Below, one piece after another: positions 10,138-23,358 of a stretch of 64,000 nucleotides of DNA (positions are counted from its first letter, which is position 1; every line of letters starts with the position of its first letter). The DNA lies in contig JAQGDQ010002369.1 of NCBI GenBank assembly GCA_030141605.1, forward strand, positions 558,001 through 622,000. Reading direction: 5' to 3'. The notes under the pieces were generated by a model. It worked only from the letters and a program-made list of their open reading frames with translations. It was not told the DNA's origin and made no database searches. Origin of the DNA: Tubiluchus corallicola (taxonomy: Eukaryota > Animalia > Priapulida). A program made the position numbers and the translations under genes.

Positions 10138-10941
10138 ATGAGCGCTGTTTCATTTTCTACTGTTTTTCAGGATATTACTCTTGGTGCCAATGTTGTCAGG
10201 CAGCTTGATCCAGATCATGCCGCAATGTTGAGCGAGATAGATACGCTGGGGCGTGATACTGTAGATCTGGTTTCTGATCGAATGAGAGAGCTTTGGGAAT
10301 CAAATTTTTCTGAACACCAGGATTTGATGTCGGCTTTTTCTTCGGACGGAAATAGTTTGCATTTTCTTAGGAATCTTCAAAGGGGAGAAAAAGACGCAAC
10401 GATTAAAGGGGGGGGGGGCTTAGGAGAGCGAAAGATAGTGCATATACAGAACAAGGTGAAATATTTTCCGGATACTCATGAAGGCCCAAAACCAAGTGAT
10501 CTGTTTGGATCTGTTGAACCTTTAGTTAGTACCAGCAAAAAATGGGATATACGAAAAGCGGCTGCGGAAGGGAATCTGTCTGTGGTAAAGTATTTGTTCG
10601 AAAGAGAGAGAGAGCAAGGAGTAGGAAGAGAGCAATTGGCCCGACAGCGGAAGCAAAGGGAAGCTCTCTGGTTTGCAGAGAAAGGGGGCCATAAAGAAGT
10701 AGCTGAATTTCTACGCATCAAGATTGCTGAAAGTCAAGGCGATCAATTTCCCGAATACATCAGAGGATTGAGACCGTGTGGAGGCTCACGAAAAGTAATT
10801 CTTGAAGATTTTAAGGATCGGGTGATTGTGCGTCCTTTTGGATCTATACGTTATCGTGAAGAGGGGAATTGCGTTACTGAGCCTATGCATGAAGCCCGTG
10901 ACGAATGCTCTACTAGGTGTGATGGATGTATCGTCTCATAA
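10138..10941 (+). CDS. ankyrin-repeat protein (putative effector) containing a G11 tract
   Basis: AAAEGNLSVVKYLF and ALWFAEKGGHKEVAEFL ankyrin repeats; GGGAGG RBS; AT-rich promoter; G11 at 10408-10418. Confidence 0.75.
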   Translation: MSAVSFSTVFQDITLGANVVRQLDPDHAAMLSEIDTLGRDTVDLVSDRMRELWESNFSEHQDLMSAFSSDGNSLHFLRNLQRGEKDATIKGGGGLGERKIVHIQNKVKYFPDTHEGPKPSDLFGSVEPLVSTSKKWDIRKAAAEGNLSVVKYLFEREREQGVGREQLARQRKQREALWFAEKGGHKEVAEFLRIKIAESQGDQFPEYIRGLRPCGGSRKVILEDFKDRVIVRPFGSIRYREEGNCVTEPMHEARDECSTRCDGCIVS

Positions 10942-11689
10942 AGCTTGAAAAGCTTCGCGGATCGCTTCGACACGCTTTTTGTTTGCTCCTGGCTGGGAGA
11001 AGTCCAGATGGACTGCGTCCCGGAATCCCGTACGTGAGGCTGAACGGATCTCGAAGCATTGCTTATCTTCATTGAGATAGAGATCGACATCATCGATATA
11101 GGTTCCCTTAAGGGGGCCTGATGGGATCGTTACTGTATATGTGTAGTGGAGGTAGTTTCCTCTCTCCTCGAGGAGGGCTATCGCTGAAGATCGGAAATTG
11201 GGGCTGTCTGCTGTTTCGAAAAGAGTTTTCATCTCAGACAGAGGATCTTCCATGTCTTCGGGTATGGAAATCGGATCTGTATTGTAGAGCTGTCCCCACC
11301 AACTGTCTTGTTGGGAATTCACGCAGTTTGGAGAGAGGGCGGTTGGGGGGAATATTCCGGAAAAGTTCAGATCTGTACGTGCGTTGAGCATTGTAGAATA
11401 GGAGTATTTTTCACGGAGGTCGGGGTTGATTTTATGGGCAAGGGATTTGAGAGCGTAGCCGAAGAGTGTGGAGAGAGGAAGGAGAAGGGTAACAGGGCGA
11501 TTGCTACGATCTTACCGATCCGGTTTTGAAGTTCTCATGGCTTTTCAACACTGGTGCGCCGGAAAGAGATTGTTCGAGCGTATAGGTCCTTCCGAAAAGG
11601 ATTCTTCCGGGGGTTTGAAAAAGGTCTCCGATGTTCTCAAGAATATTGGATTCTGGGGCTTCTATTTCATTAATTAAATTTATAGACAT
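10936..11689 (-). pseudogene. frameshifted gene: hydrophobic N-terminal segment fused to a DUF1499 domain (ORF pieces 11504-11689 and 10936-11391)
   Basis: SPNCVNSQ, YIDDVDLY, IRSASRTGFRD, GANKKRVE are DUF1499 motifs; the frame extends upstream through TLLLPLSTLFGYALKSLA, and two shifts near 11490-11525 join it to ATG 11689. Confidence 0.65.
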
Positions 11690-11791
11690 AGATAATTTAA
11701 AATTTTTTTGAATTTGACTAAAGATATCATTTAATTAGATTAACTTCTCTTAAAAAAATAATGATGTGTTATGTAGTGCTTTAGGGGGCCT

Positions 11792-12976
11792 ATGACCAGT
11801 AGATTGCATGTTTTTCAGCTTTTCATCCTGATGGCTCTTTTTTCTTTGATGCCTGTGGCATCTGTGGTCTTTACCCCGGCCTATCCCTTGCTTTCTAATG
11901 AATTTCATCTCTTGAGTTCCGAGGCGCAGTGGGTAATGACTCTATATCTTTTTGGGACGGCAATTGGTCGTCTCTTTTATGGTCCATTTGCGAATTCTAT
12001 TGGTCGGAAAAACACTCTTTACCTCGGTCTTTCCATCTCTTTGGCCGGTACACTAATCATTCTATTTTCCCAATCCTATACTCTCATTTGCATCGGAAGA
12101 ATGATCCAAGCTTTTGGCGGGGCTGCCACACTCAAGGTCGGTTATACGATCATAGGAGATTTGTACTCTGGAGCAGCAGCAACCCAGATTCTTTCCTATG
12201 CATGGCTGGGTATTGCAATCATGCCTGGCATAGGCACTTTGATCAGCGGATTGTTAGCTGACTCCTTTGGATGGAGAGGAGGATTTTTCATTATCTTACT
12301 CTATACTTTGTTTGTGATGTTCCTCTGTTTTTTTCTTCCGGAAACATTGAAAGAAAAGGATAAGAGTGCCTTGACTCTCAAAAGAGTAATCCATGCCTAT
12401 GGGAGACAATTCGGAAATGTTTCCCTCGTTCTCTGGGGAACTTTGATGGGGCTTTCAACAGCTGTCATCTACATGTTTTCTCAGGAAGCTCCTTTCATAG
12501 CGATCAATCAATTCGGATTGACCTATGCAGAGTATGGCATGTATTACCTGATCCCTTCTCTCGGCATTGCTTTTGGACTTCTATTAACTGCCTGGCTTTC
12601 CGATAAGATACATTCTATGACCAGTATGTTATGGGGAATAATAACCATCTCAATCGCATCGATAATGATGGGGATTTTCTTTTCAGAGGTGTGGGAAAAT
12701 ACTTGGGCTTTATTTTTACCTCTAATCATCATTCTGATAGGGGATTCTCTGTTGTTTACAAATGCTTCTTCTAAGGGAGTAACAGATGCTACGGATAAAT
12801 CGAATGCATCAGCGGTCATGCTTTTTATCAATTCATGCGTTGGTTTTTTTGGGACTTTTCTAATAGGTGTCATTGCCCCTGGTGCTATATTTGCGATGCC
12901 GATCGCATTTCTTTTAGTCTCGGTGATTCTGTTCTCGATCTGGTTCTATTTGCACCAAAAAGAGAAAACAGCCTAA
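11792..12976 (+). CDS. MFS transporter, Bcr/CflA (DHA1)-like
   Basis: About 12 TM; GRLFYGPFANSIGRK, GRMIQAFG, FGWR, LPETL. Confidence 0.85.
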   Translation: MTSRLHVFQLFILMALFSLMPVASVVFTPAYPLLSNEFHLLSSEAQWVMTLYLFGTAIGRLFYGPFANSIGRKNTLYLGLSISLAGTLIILFSQSYTLICIGRMIQAFGGAATLKVGYTIIGDLYSGAAATQILSYAWLGIAIMPGIGTLISGLLADSFGWRGGFFIILLYTLFVMFLCFFLPETLKEKDKSALTLKRVIHAYGRQFGNVSLVLWGTLMGLSTAVIYMFSQEAPFIAINQFGLTYAEYGMYYLIPSLGIAFGLLLTAWLSDKIHSMTSMLWGIITISIASIMMGIFFSEVWENTWALFLPLIIILIGDSLLFTNASSKGVTDATDKSNASAVMLFINSCVGFFGTFLIGVIAPGAIFAMPIAFLLVSVILFSIWFYLHQKEKTA

Positions 12977-13091
12977 CTCCTATGGAATTCTCATGGCTTT
13001 TCAATAGTGAGGATTGGAACATCTGTGTGATTTGTTTTCTGTGAAAAAAGGTATTTGAAGTCAAAGAACTTATCTCTATATAGTTGTGCAT

Positions 13092-14144
13092 ATGAAAAAA
13101 GTCGCTGCGGTGAATTTTGGGGAAAGCCCTCATATTTTAGATCATGTCGCCCCCCTTGCCTATTGTTTACACATACCTCTTTTCGTGAATGATGAAAAAA
13201 ACTTTGAACTTTTAAAAAAGTTTTATCCTCAAGTTCAGGTCGTTTACGAAGAAGAGATTTCGTTTGATTTCCTAGCAAAAAATTTCGATGCGCTGGTCTC
13301 ATGCAAACGATGGAATGCAGAAGATAAATTCTCTTTTGTTAATTTTTATAATAAAGACATGAAAATAATCTTCTGCCCTCATGGCAATTCAGATAAAGGC
13401 CATATCAATAAAGCGAACATGCTGGGTTATGCAACGCATGATGCTGTTATGTTATATGGCAATCACATGATTGATCTTTTGAAAAAGCTTAATGTTTACA
13501 AAAAACTCAACCAATATTCGATCATCGGTAATTTCAGATTGTGTTTTTACAAGAAGTTTAAAAAGCACTATGACGAACTAATTAGAAAGCAGATTTTTTC
13601 GAAATTAAACCCTCAAAATAAGACCATATTATATGCTCCAACATGGAATGATCTAGAAGACTCTAGCTCTTTTTTTGAGGTTTTTCAAAAACTTATAAAA
13701 AAAGTTCCCGATGACCATAACCTGATCATCAAACTTCATCCACACATCGAGGAGAAAGATCCTGTTGCATTTTATCAGGTATATGAAAGCAACCTCCCTC
13801 CTAATATCTTACTATTAGAAGAATTTCCATTGATCTATCCTCTGTTAAATTTTGTGGATATTTATTTAGGTGACTTTTCATCCATAGGATATGACTTTCT
13901 GTATTTTCAAAAGCCCATGTTCTTCTTTGATCATCTTCAAAGAGATCCCCTGAAAGATCAAAGCTTATTTTTGCATAGATGCGGTACTCAAATACCCAGC
14001 GATCATTGGGGTGATATTTTTTCTTTTATTCAAGGCAACCTCACCGAAAAATTCAAAGAACAGCAAATGAAAATCTACAATTATGCTTTTGGTAATGAAT
14101 TGGAAATGACTCAAGTTAAAGAAAATTTTGCCAAACTTCTCTAA
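13092..14144 (+). CDS. CDP-glycerol glycerophosphotransferase family protein
   Basis: CPHGNSDKG, TILYAPTW, IKLHP, DIYLGDFSSIGYDFL. Confidence 0.85.
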   Translation: MKKVAAVNFGESPHILDHVAPLAYCLHIPLFVNDEKNFELLKKFYPQVQVVYEEEISFDFLAKNFDALVSCKRWNAEDKFSFVNFYNKDMKIIFCPHGNSDKGHINKANMLGYATHDAVMLYGNHMIDLLKKLNVYKKLNQYSIIGNFRLCFYKKFKKHYDELIRKQIFSKLNPQNKTILYAPTWNDLEDSSSFFEVFQKLIKKVPDDHNLIIKLHPHIEEKDPVAFYQVYESNLPPNILLLEEFPLIYPLLNFVDIYLGDFSSIGYDFLYFQKPMFFFDHLQRDPLKDQSLFLHRCGTQIPSDHWGDIFSFIQGNLTEKFKEQQMKIYNYAFGNELEMTQVKENFAKLL

Positions 14145-14212
14145 GTAGTCTCTTGTGAGAAATCAGGGTTCTTTATAAGCTTGATGCATTTACTTTCCGG
14201 AGGAGAAATCTC

Positions 14213-15142
14213 ATGGCAGCAAGTGCAGAAATAGCAGGTCGAAAACTCCATAACAAGGCAGTCCTCGGCGTTCTGTTGATGATCGGCGGACTGGCCCTAT
14301 ATCCTCTTTCGGACGCGTTCATCAAACATCTTATGGGGGGCTATTCGGTACCCCAGGCTACATTTCTTCGAGCGATCACCCGTGTTATTCCTCTATTCGT
14401 CGCCATGTATTTTCAGGGTGGTCTGAGAAGCGTTTTAGGCACAAAGAAATATAAGAGCCATTTTGTTCGACTGGGTGTGAATCTAGCTTATACCTATTGC
14501 TTCATGTTCGCCTTTTCAATGGGCTCTCTTACAACCATCTACACCCTGGCTTATACCTCTTCCTTTTTCATGATCATTCTAAGTGCGATTATGCTGAAAG
14601 AAACTGTAGGAAAAGAAAGGTGGGCTGCCGTTGCCATTGGAATGGTCGGTGTGATCATTGCGATGCGTCCAGGTACTAGCGTCTTTGAATTTGCTTCCAT
14701 TCTGGTGTTGTTAGGGACGTTTTTAGGAGCTTTGAACAAGATTTTGATGAGAAGACTTGCAGCTACAGAGCATAGTCTTGCAATTGCGATCTATCCGAAT
14801 CTGATGATGATCATAGTGACTGCACCGCTGCTATTGAAGACATGGCAGTCGATGCCCTGGGAGCATTGGGGGCTGTTTGCTATTGTTGGTGTGATTACCG
14901 CTGCAGGACAGTATTGCATTGCCCAGGCTCTTAGATTTGCCCAAGGTTCTATCCTTGCTCCGATCGACTACTCTACTTTCTTCTGGGTCGTTGCCCTCGA
15001 TTTCTTCTGGTGGCAAAGATCTCCAGATGCATTCACGTTGATTGGTGCTGCCATCATCGTAGGAAGCAACTTCTTTATCCTCTATTGCACACGCAGAGAT
15101 GAGGCGAGAAAGAAGAAATTAGAAGAAGCTGGAGCTACTTGA
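14213..15142 (+). CDS. EamA/DMT family transporter
   Basis: About 10 TM; LKETVGKERW..V..G..GV.I..RPG; LAPIDY. Confidence 0.88.
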   Translation: MAASAEIAGRKLHNKAVLGVLLMIGGLALYPLSDAFIKHLMGGYSVPQATFLRAITRVIPLFVAMYFQGGLRSVLGTKKYKSHFVRLGVNLAYTYCFMFAFSMGSLTTIYTLAYTSSFFMIILSAIMLKETVGKERWAAVAIGMVGVIIAMRPGTSVFEFASILVLLGTFLGALNKILMRRLAATEHSLAIAIYPNLMMIIVTAPLLLKTWQSMPWEHWGLFAIVGVITAAGQYCIAQALRFAQGSILAPIDYSTFFWVVALDFFWWQRSPDAFTLIGAAIIVGSNFFILYCTRRDEARKKKLEEAGAT

Positions 15143-15365
15143 TCCGGTGCCAGTCACCATCTGATCCTTTGTTGTACTGCTTTTTTACAGCGCCCCAAGC
15201 GACACGGTGAGCGGCTTCTTCACGAGTGCCTCCGAATCTTCTCTTGGATGGATCTTTGTATTGGTTCCAGGCGTTATTAAAGGCTTCCTTGTACAGCTCT
15301 TGCGCTGCAGCAGGAAGGTGTTTCTTGATGGGATCAGGCAGATCCTTTTTCGATCGATATGGCAT
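15135..15365 (-). CDS. chaB: ChaB family protein
   Basis: MPY....LP..IK.HLP..AQELYKEAFNNAW...EEAAHRVAWGAVK. Confidence 0.92.
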   Translation of the reverse strand: MPYRSKKDLPDPIKKHLPAAAQELYKEAFNNAWNQYKDPSKRRFGGTREEAAHRVAWGAVKKQYNKGSDGDWHRIK

Positions 15366-15417
15366 AAAATTCCCCCTTATAATCCTATTAGTAACTCATT
15401 TGAGGGGGATTTTGAAA

Positions 15418-17229
15418 CTATTTTTTTCGCTTGCGGTCTGTCTCGTTGAGGACTTTCTTCCGGACACGGAGGAAGTTGGGAGTGATCTCCAGGAGTTCAT
15501 CGTCCTGAATGAAATCGATGGCTTGCTCCAAGTTCATGATTTTAGGGGGAGTGAGCATGATATGCTCATCCGTTCCCGAGGCACGAACATTGGTGAGTTG
15601 TTTGGCTTTGGTGATGTTGATGACAAGATCATTGTCACGCGCGTTCTCGCCGACGACCATTCCTTCGTAGACCTCATCGCCAGGTTTGACGAAGAGAATA
15701 CCTCTTTCCTGAAGGTTGAAGCAGGCAAATCCGCTTGTCGTTTCCTTGCAGTTGGAAACGAGGACGCCTTTTTTCCGTTTGGCCATTTCCCCTTTGTGGG
15801 GCTGAAAGGACTCAAAAACGGAGGTAAGAATACCGAGGCCGGATGTTCTGGTGATGAACTCATTTCGATATCCCATGAGGCCTCTTGTCGGCATGAAGAA
15901 ATCGATGAAAGTAATGCCCTGTTCATTCGTGTTCAAAGCGCGCATTTCTCCTTTTCTTCGGGAGAGATCTTCGATGATTGTTCCGGAGTACTGTTCAGGA
16001 ACTTCGACATGTACATGTTCAAAGGGCTCTTGGGTTTGACCTTCGACTTCTTTGAGAATGACCTGAGGAGTGGAAATGGCGCACTCGTAGCCCTCTCTTC
16101 GCATCGTCTCGAGGAGGACAGAGAGATGGAGTTCTCCACGACCGCATACTTTCATCGAATCATCTCTTCCCGGAATCTCTTCGATCTTCAAAGAGATGTT
16201 CGCTTTCTTTTCTCTAAGAAGACGGTCTCTGAGTTTGTTCATCGTTACGTGTTTGCCATCTTTTCCTGCAAAAGGAGAAGAATTGACCATCACTTCAATC
16301 GATACCGTGGGTTCTGCGATTTCAATAGGCGGGAGGATTTCGATGTGTTCAGGACAGCAAAGCGTATCGCCGATCATGATTTCAGGGACTCCTGAAAGAA
16401 TAATGATGTCTCCTGCAGCAGCATCTTCCTGTTCAATTTTTTCAAGTCCGAGATGCCCTTCGATTTTTTGTATTTTGTGATTGGTGTGCGAACCGTGCAG
16501 ATCGACGCGTGTAATGAGATCTCCTTTGGACACTTTTCCCTGAAGGATTCTTCCACAGGCACCTCTTCCGAGATAATCATCATAGGATACAGTTGCTACC
16601 TGCATAAGGAACGGCAGTTCTGCATTTCCTGTTGGCGGAGGAATCTCACGGAGGATCATTTCGTAAAGGGGGCCGAGGTCTTTTCTTTCATCGTCCACTT
16701 TATCAATCGCAAAACCAGTCAGTCCCGATGCGTAAATGTATGGGAAGTCGAGCTGTTCATCGTTGGCACCGAGTTCGACGAAAAGATCAAATGTTTGGTC
16801 GAGAACTCTATCTGGAGCTGCATGTGGCCTGTCGATTTTGTTGAGAACAACGAGCACTTTGAGGCCCATCTTAAGCGCACGGGAGAGAACGAAGCGTGTT
16901 TGTGGCATAGGACCTTCCTGTGCATCGACAAGAAGAAGGACTCCCTGCACCATACCCAGGACCCGCTCTACCTCTCCGGAAAAGTCGGCATGTCCGGGAG
17001 TGTCGATCACATGGATCTGATGGTCTTTGTAAGGGACGCAGGTATGTTTGGCGAAGATGGTGATTCCACGTTCTTTTTCCTGATCAAACCGGTCCATGAC
17101 CCGCTCAGGAATTTCTTGAGATTCTCTGAAAATATTCGATTGTTTGAGGAGTCCATCGAGCAGTGTTGTCTTGCCGTGGTCGATATGTGCGATGATTGCT
17201 AGATTGCGTATCTTTTCTGGTTCGATCAT
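15418..17229 (-). CDS. typA: translational GTPase TypA/BipA
   Basis: [43 protein letters not shown]. Confidence 0.97.
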   Translation of the reverse strand: MIEPEKIRNLAIIAHIDHGKTTLLDGLLKQSNIFRESQEIPERVMDRFDQEKERGITIFAKHTCVPYKDHQIHVIDTPGHADFSGEVERVLGMVQGVLLLVDAQEGPMPQTRFVLSRALKMGLKVLVVLNKIDRPHAAPDRVLDQTFDLFVELGANDEQLDFPYIYASGLTGFAIDKVDDERKDLGPLYEMILREIPPPTGNAELPFLMQVATVSYDDYLGRGACGRILQGKVSKGDLITRVDLHGSHTNHKIQKIEGHLGLEKIEQEDAAAGDIIILSGVPEIMIGDTLCCPEHIEILPPIEIAEPTVSIEVMVNSSPFAGKDGKHVTMNKLRDRLLREKKANISLKIEEIPGRDDSMKVCGRGELHLSVLLETMRREGYECAISTPQVILKEVEGQTQEPFEHVHVEVPEQYSGTIIEDLSRRKGEMRALNTNEQGITFIDFFMPTRGLMGYRNEFITRTSGLGILTSVFESFQPHKGEMAKRKKGVLVSNCKETTSGFACFNLQERGILFVKPGDEVYEGMVVGENARDNDLVINITKAKQLTNVRASGTDEHIMLTPPKIMNLEQAIDFIQDDELLEITPNFLRVRKKVLNETDRKRKK

Positions 17230-17316
17230 GAAATAAAATTCCTTTTATTTCAGTATATTAGATGTCACTGAGAAAATCTAGAGGAACAAATATTTGAAAA
17301 AAAATTAAGGAGATCT

Positions 17317-17340
17317 GTGGGGCAGAAATTTCTGCCCCAC
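17317..17340 (-). terminator. perfect 24-bp palindrome, probable terminator of the 17348-17641 gene
   Basis: GTGGGGCAGAAA/TTTCTGCCCCAC, 7 bp past the stop codon. Confidence 0.6.
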
Positions 17341-17347
17341 GAACGAA

Positions 17348-17641
17348 TTAGAGTGATTCAGCATAACCGACGAAATACTCTCGATTTGGTCCTGGAGCAA
17401 ACTCTCCATTATGCTCGATAAGAGTGTTGATTTGAGTCAGGACAGCCTGAAACATAGGGTGAGCAGTCAAATAAGCTTTGTCTGCCGGGTTTTTTTCGAT
17501 TTCTTCCATGATTTTTTTAGCGTCTTTTAGCTGTGATACATTGAGATTTTTGCCTTCTTCAGCTTCTTGGATAAGGGGGCTCAGATCATTGCGCATGGTC
17601 TGAATATCGTTATTTGATGCATTAATCATAAAATTCTCCAT
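17348..17641 (-). CDS. hypothetical protein
   Basis: 97 aa helical ORF followed by a hairpin; no family recognised. Confidence 0.55.
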   Translation of the reverse strand: MENFMINASNNDIQTMRNDLSPLIQEAEEGKNLNVSQLKDAKKIMEEIEKNPADKAYLTAHPMFQAVLTQINTLIEHNGEFAPGPNREYFVGYAESL

Positions 17642-17862
17642 AGTTCCATATCTTATATTTTCCCAAATTGGAATAAAGAATTGATAAATAACGACAGTGA
17701 GTTCTTCTATGATTTTGATATTGAGCTATTTAATCATCCATATTTTGATAGACAGCATCATTGCTGTAGCTTACAAGTAAGATAAGAGTGGTGAATCACT
17801 AAGGTTGAATTATATTCCTAGAAGGGAGTATTTTTTTCGCAATTTTCCCCCGGGGGTGAGTC

Positions 17863-19320
17863 ATGACCGAACCTACCGCAACTCAAGAAAATCCTGTTTT
17901 CGCCCCTACTCTTATGGAGTCAAAAACCAGCCGTCTTGATGATATCCTTCAAGAGAAGCTGGAAAAGGCCTTTCATAAGCAAACCTCGAAAGTTCGTCTT
18001 CACGATATTGCAAAGATTGCTTGCGAGCATTCTCCGATCGACCTTGCTTATGCTGCTTCCCACTTGCCGCAACAGGCGCGTATCGTTCTTTATGAAAATC
18101 TTCCCCACCGCGATGCCAAAATGAAATTTGTCATCAATACTGATAATGAGACCCGGCTTACTCTGTTTCGTCAGATCAAAGAAAGAGAGATGAAAAAGCT
18201 CTTTGAAAGGATGCCGACTGATGAAGCGGTCTGTGTATTGGAAGACATGTCTGAGCGACGCTTCCGACGTTTGATGGAACTTTTGGATTCAAAAAAATCC
18301 TCCCGCATTTTGGAGCTTAGAGAACATGACAGAAAGAGTGCGGGAAGACTGATGACCAGCGAGTTTTTCGCCTTCGATATGGATATGACTATCGGAGATG
18401 CATCCGAATATATTCGGGACAATCCTCGGGTGGACTTCACTCGGGGAATTTTTATTTTAAATCACGCGAAAGAACTGCAGGGTTATGTTCCTGCAAGAAA
18501 TATGATCATCAATCCGCCCCATCTGCCATTAAGGCAGGTGATGCGTCCCGTCCTTCATAAGGTGAGCCCGGAGTCCTGCCGTGAAGAAGTAGTCGATCTC
18601 GTTGAACGATATAAGATCTCTTCGTTGCCTGTAGTTGATATGGACAATTACCTCGCAGGTGTGATCACTTATGAAGATGTGGTCGAAGCGATGGAAGATC
18701 TGGCGGACGAGACGATCGGACGCATGGCCGGTACCGGAGAAAAGATGGACTCTCAGGAACCGATTTTCAAAAGGTTCCTGGCACGTTCTCCCTGGCTTGT
18801 CGTCACATTGCTCGCCGGTCTTGTAAACGTTGGCGTCATGTCTTCTTTTCAGAAGCATGTAGGTGGTATTCTGACGTTCGTCCTATTCTTTGTGCCGTTG
18901 ATTACAGGAATGAGCGGCAACATCGGTATTCAGTGCAGTACGATTCTGGTACGCGGTATGGCGATCGGCGCCCTTTCTTCGGGTATGAGAAGGGATGCGA
19001 TCAAACGGGAGCTGTTAACAGGCCTCTTCATCGGCGCCTTTTTCGGCGTTGCCTGCGGGACCATTGTGTATTCATTGGACGCCTTGTTTGATTCCGTGGG
19101 AACTGTATCGCCTGTAGCTATTTCTGTGATCGTCGGCTCGGGTCTCATTGGAGCCTGCGCTACTGGTACTTTATTAGGTGTTTTCTCACCTCTTTTCTTC
19201 CAGAGGATCGGTGTAGATCCAGCCATCTCTGCCGGACCTATGGTCACAGCATTTAATGACTTCCTATCCATGCTGATCTATTTCATCATTGCCTGGGGCC
19301 TTAAAAGCCTTTTCTTTTGA
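17863..19320 (+). CDS. mgtE: magnesium transporter MgtE
   Basis: SAGRLMT, CBS pair, R.PWL, GMSGNIGIQ, GVDPAISAGPMVTAFND. Confidence 0.95.
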   Translation: MTEPTATQENPVFAPTLMESKTSRLDDILQEKLEKAFHKQTSKVRLHDIAKIACEHSPIDLAYAASHLPQQARIVLYENLPHRDAKMKFVINTDNETRLTLFRQIKEREMKKLFERMPTDEAVCVLEDMSERRFRRLMELLDSKKSSRILELREHDRKSAGRLMTSEFFAFDMDMTIGDASEYIRDNPRVDFTRGIFILNHAKELQGYVPARNMIINPPHLPLRQVMRPVLHKVSPESCREEVVDLVERYKISSLPVVDMDNYLAGVITYEDVVEAMEDLADETIGRMAGTGEKMDSQEPIFKRFLARSPWLVVTLLAGLVNVGVMSSFQKHVGGILTFVLFFVPLITGMSGNIGIQCSTILVRGMAIGALSSGMRRDAIKRELLTGLFIGAFFGVACGTIVYSLDALFDSVGTVSPVAISVIVGSGLIGACATGTLLGVFSPLFFQRIGVDPAISAGPMVTAFNDFLSMLIYFIIAWGLKSLFF

Positions 19321-19430
19321 TCTAAGTATCTTTTTTATATAATAGTTATTGTTAAACAACAAATTATCTTGAAGATGAATTTTTATTATGATATAATATT
19401 TCCCTTAATTATTTATTAAGGGAGAAAAAA

Positions 19431-20374
19431 ATGAGAGTACAATCACTAACACAATTAGCTATTGATACAACGATTCAATCTGACCCGAATAGAGTATTCA
19501 CTGATCAGCAGAACACACGAGGTTTTGAAGATCTAGTCCGAATGGGTCATGTAGGGGGAGATTCCAAAGCATCCTTCATTGCCAACTTTTCGAAAGTCAT
19601 TGAAAGGAATAATGAAATGCTGATGCGTATCTTCATGACACACCCCTATTTTGAGCAACTGAGTAGAAAGGAATTAGAAAAGATGTTTCTGATGGTTTGC
19701 TCTTCTGGACAAGAACATTCCATTCAAGCGTTTCTTCAAAACCCCAGGAATTTCAAAGTTGTAAAAAAATATTTTCCCACAGCTTTTGAAAGGGTAGCGG
19801 CTATGGGTGTTTTGGCAGGAGTAAAAGAATTGATGGCCCACCCGGAATTTTCAAAACTTTCAATAGAAGAATTTTGCTGGGCTCTTAACTCTGCTTGTTG
19901 CTTTGGAAAGGTGGAAGTAGTGAAAGAGCTGTTAGTTCATCCAGTATGTTCTGAGATAACCCATGATCGCTTAAGTAGGGCTTTTACTCACGCTTATGAA
20001 GGCGGACATCTTGAGGTCGTAAAAACATTAATAAATCATCCGAAATTCTCTGAAGTTCATGATACGAATCTAAAAAGAGCTATAAGATTTGTTGAAATAT
20101 GCAACGATAAAGAACTTCTTGACCTTCTGCTCTCTTATCCGAGATTTTCTGTTGCCTATGCGATGATTTTTCAGACGAGGAAAAAGAGAACTTTGCCCAG
20201 ATGGCTGTTCCAATCGCAGAGAGAAGGCATATTGCAATGAAAAGGCGTATAGCTGAAGACGAAAAGCGTATAGTTATGTCTTTTCGTATAGCTATATCTT
20301 TTATAGTAGCAGTGATGGGATGTGTGCTCTTTGCATATTTTGCGAATCAGATTCAAAGAGAGAGTCCGAATTGA
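19431..20374 (+). CDS. ankyrin-repeat protein with a C-terminal TM tail; frameshift in T5 near 20170 (ORF as read ends at 20240)
   Basis: Repeats ACCFGKVEVVKELL and AYEGGHLEVVKTLI; the shifted frame continues FSDEEKENF...RIAISFIVAVMGCVLFAYFANQIQRESPN* to 20374. Confidence 0.72.
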
Positions 20375-20504
20375 AGACTCTTTTTTGTGTGAAAAATAAA
20401 TTTCAATCTTGCCGTTCTAGGAGTTCTAATAAATATATATCTTGCTTGATCTTTTGAACAATTTCATCTATAGTTTCCATTTCGGGCGTAACTGATGGAG
20501 TACC

Positions 20505-20831
20505 TTGAAAAGGACACCTAAAAACTACGATGGAATCGATTCACCTGACATACAGATCAAAAATGTCCTACCTAATTTGTTGAAGAATATCTCTAAACGA
20601 TGGGAGCCTGATTCAAAGGTAGTCTTTCAAGGTTGGTATCAGGTGATTGGAAAAGAGCTTGCGTCCTATACAAAACCTGTGCATTTTGAGGATGGCGTTT
20701 TGACTATAAAAGTGAAAAGTTCCACACTCTATAGTTTGCTCCATCAACGAGAAAAGCCAAGGCTTTTGAAAGAGTTATCTGAACATCTCCCCAAGGCTAA
20801 AGTTCGGGATCTTGTCTTTCGGATCAGCTAG
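20505..20831 (+). CDS. DUF721/DciA family protein
   Basis: W..VIG..LA..T.P...EDGVL.IKV.SS; conserved position upstream of gyrB in chlamydiae. Confidence 0.8.
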   Translation: MKRTPKNYDGIDSPDIQIKNVLPNLLKNISKRWEPDSKVVFQGWYQVIGKELASYTKPVHFEDGVLTIKVKSSTLYSLLHQREKPRLLKELSEHLPKAKVRDLVFRIS

Positions 20832-23342
<2,511 letters not shown>

Positions 23343-23358
23343 AGGAGATAGTAGATAA

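Noticed and set aside
15226-17202. Long + strand ORFs (389 and 249 aa)
   Set aside because: Antisense shadows of typA with no recognisable motifs; the same applies to the ORFs opposite gyrB, gyrA, holB and dxs.
20160-20180. Programmed frameshift producing soluble versus anchored isoforms
   Set aside because: Only a T5 run with no clear slippery heptamer or stimulatory structure; decay or assembly error is simpler.
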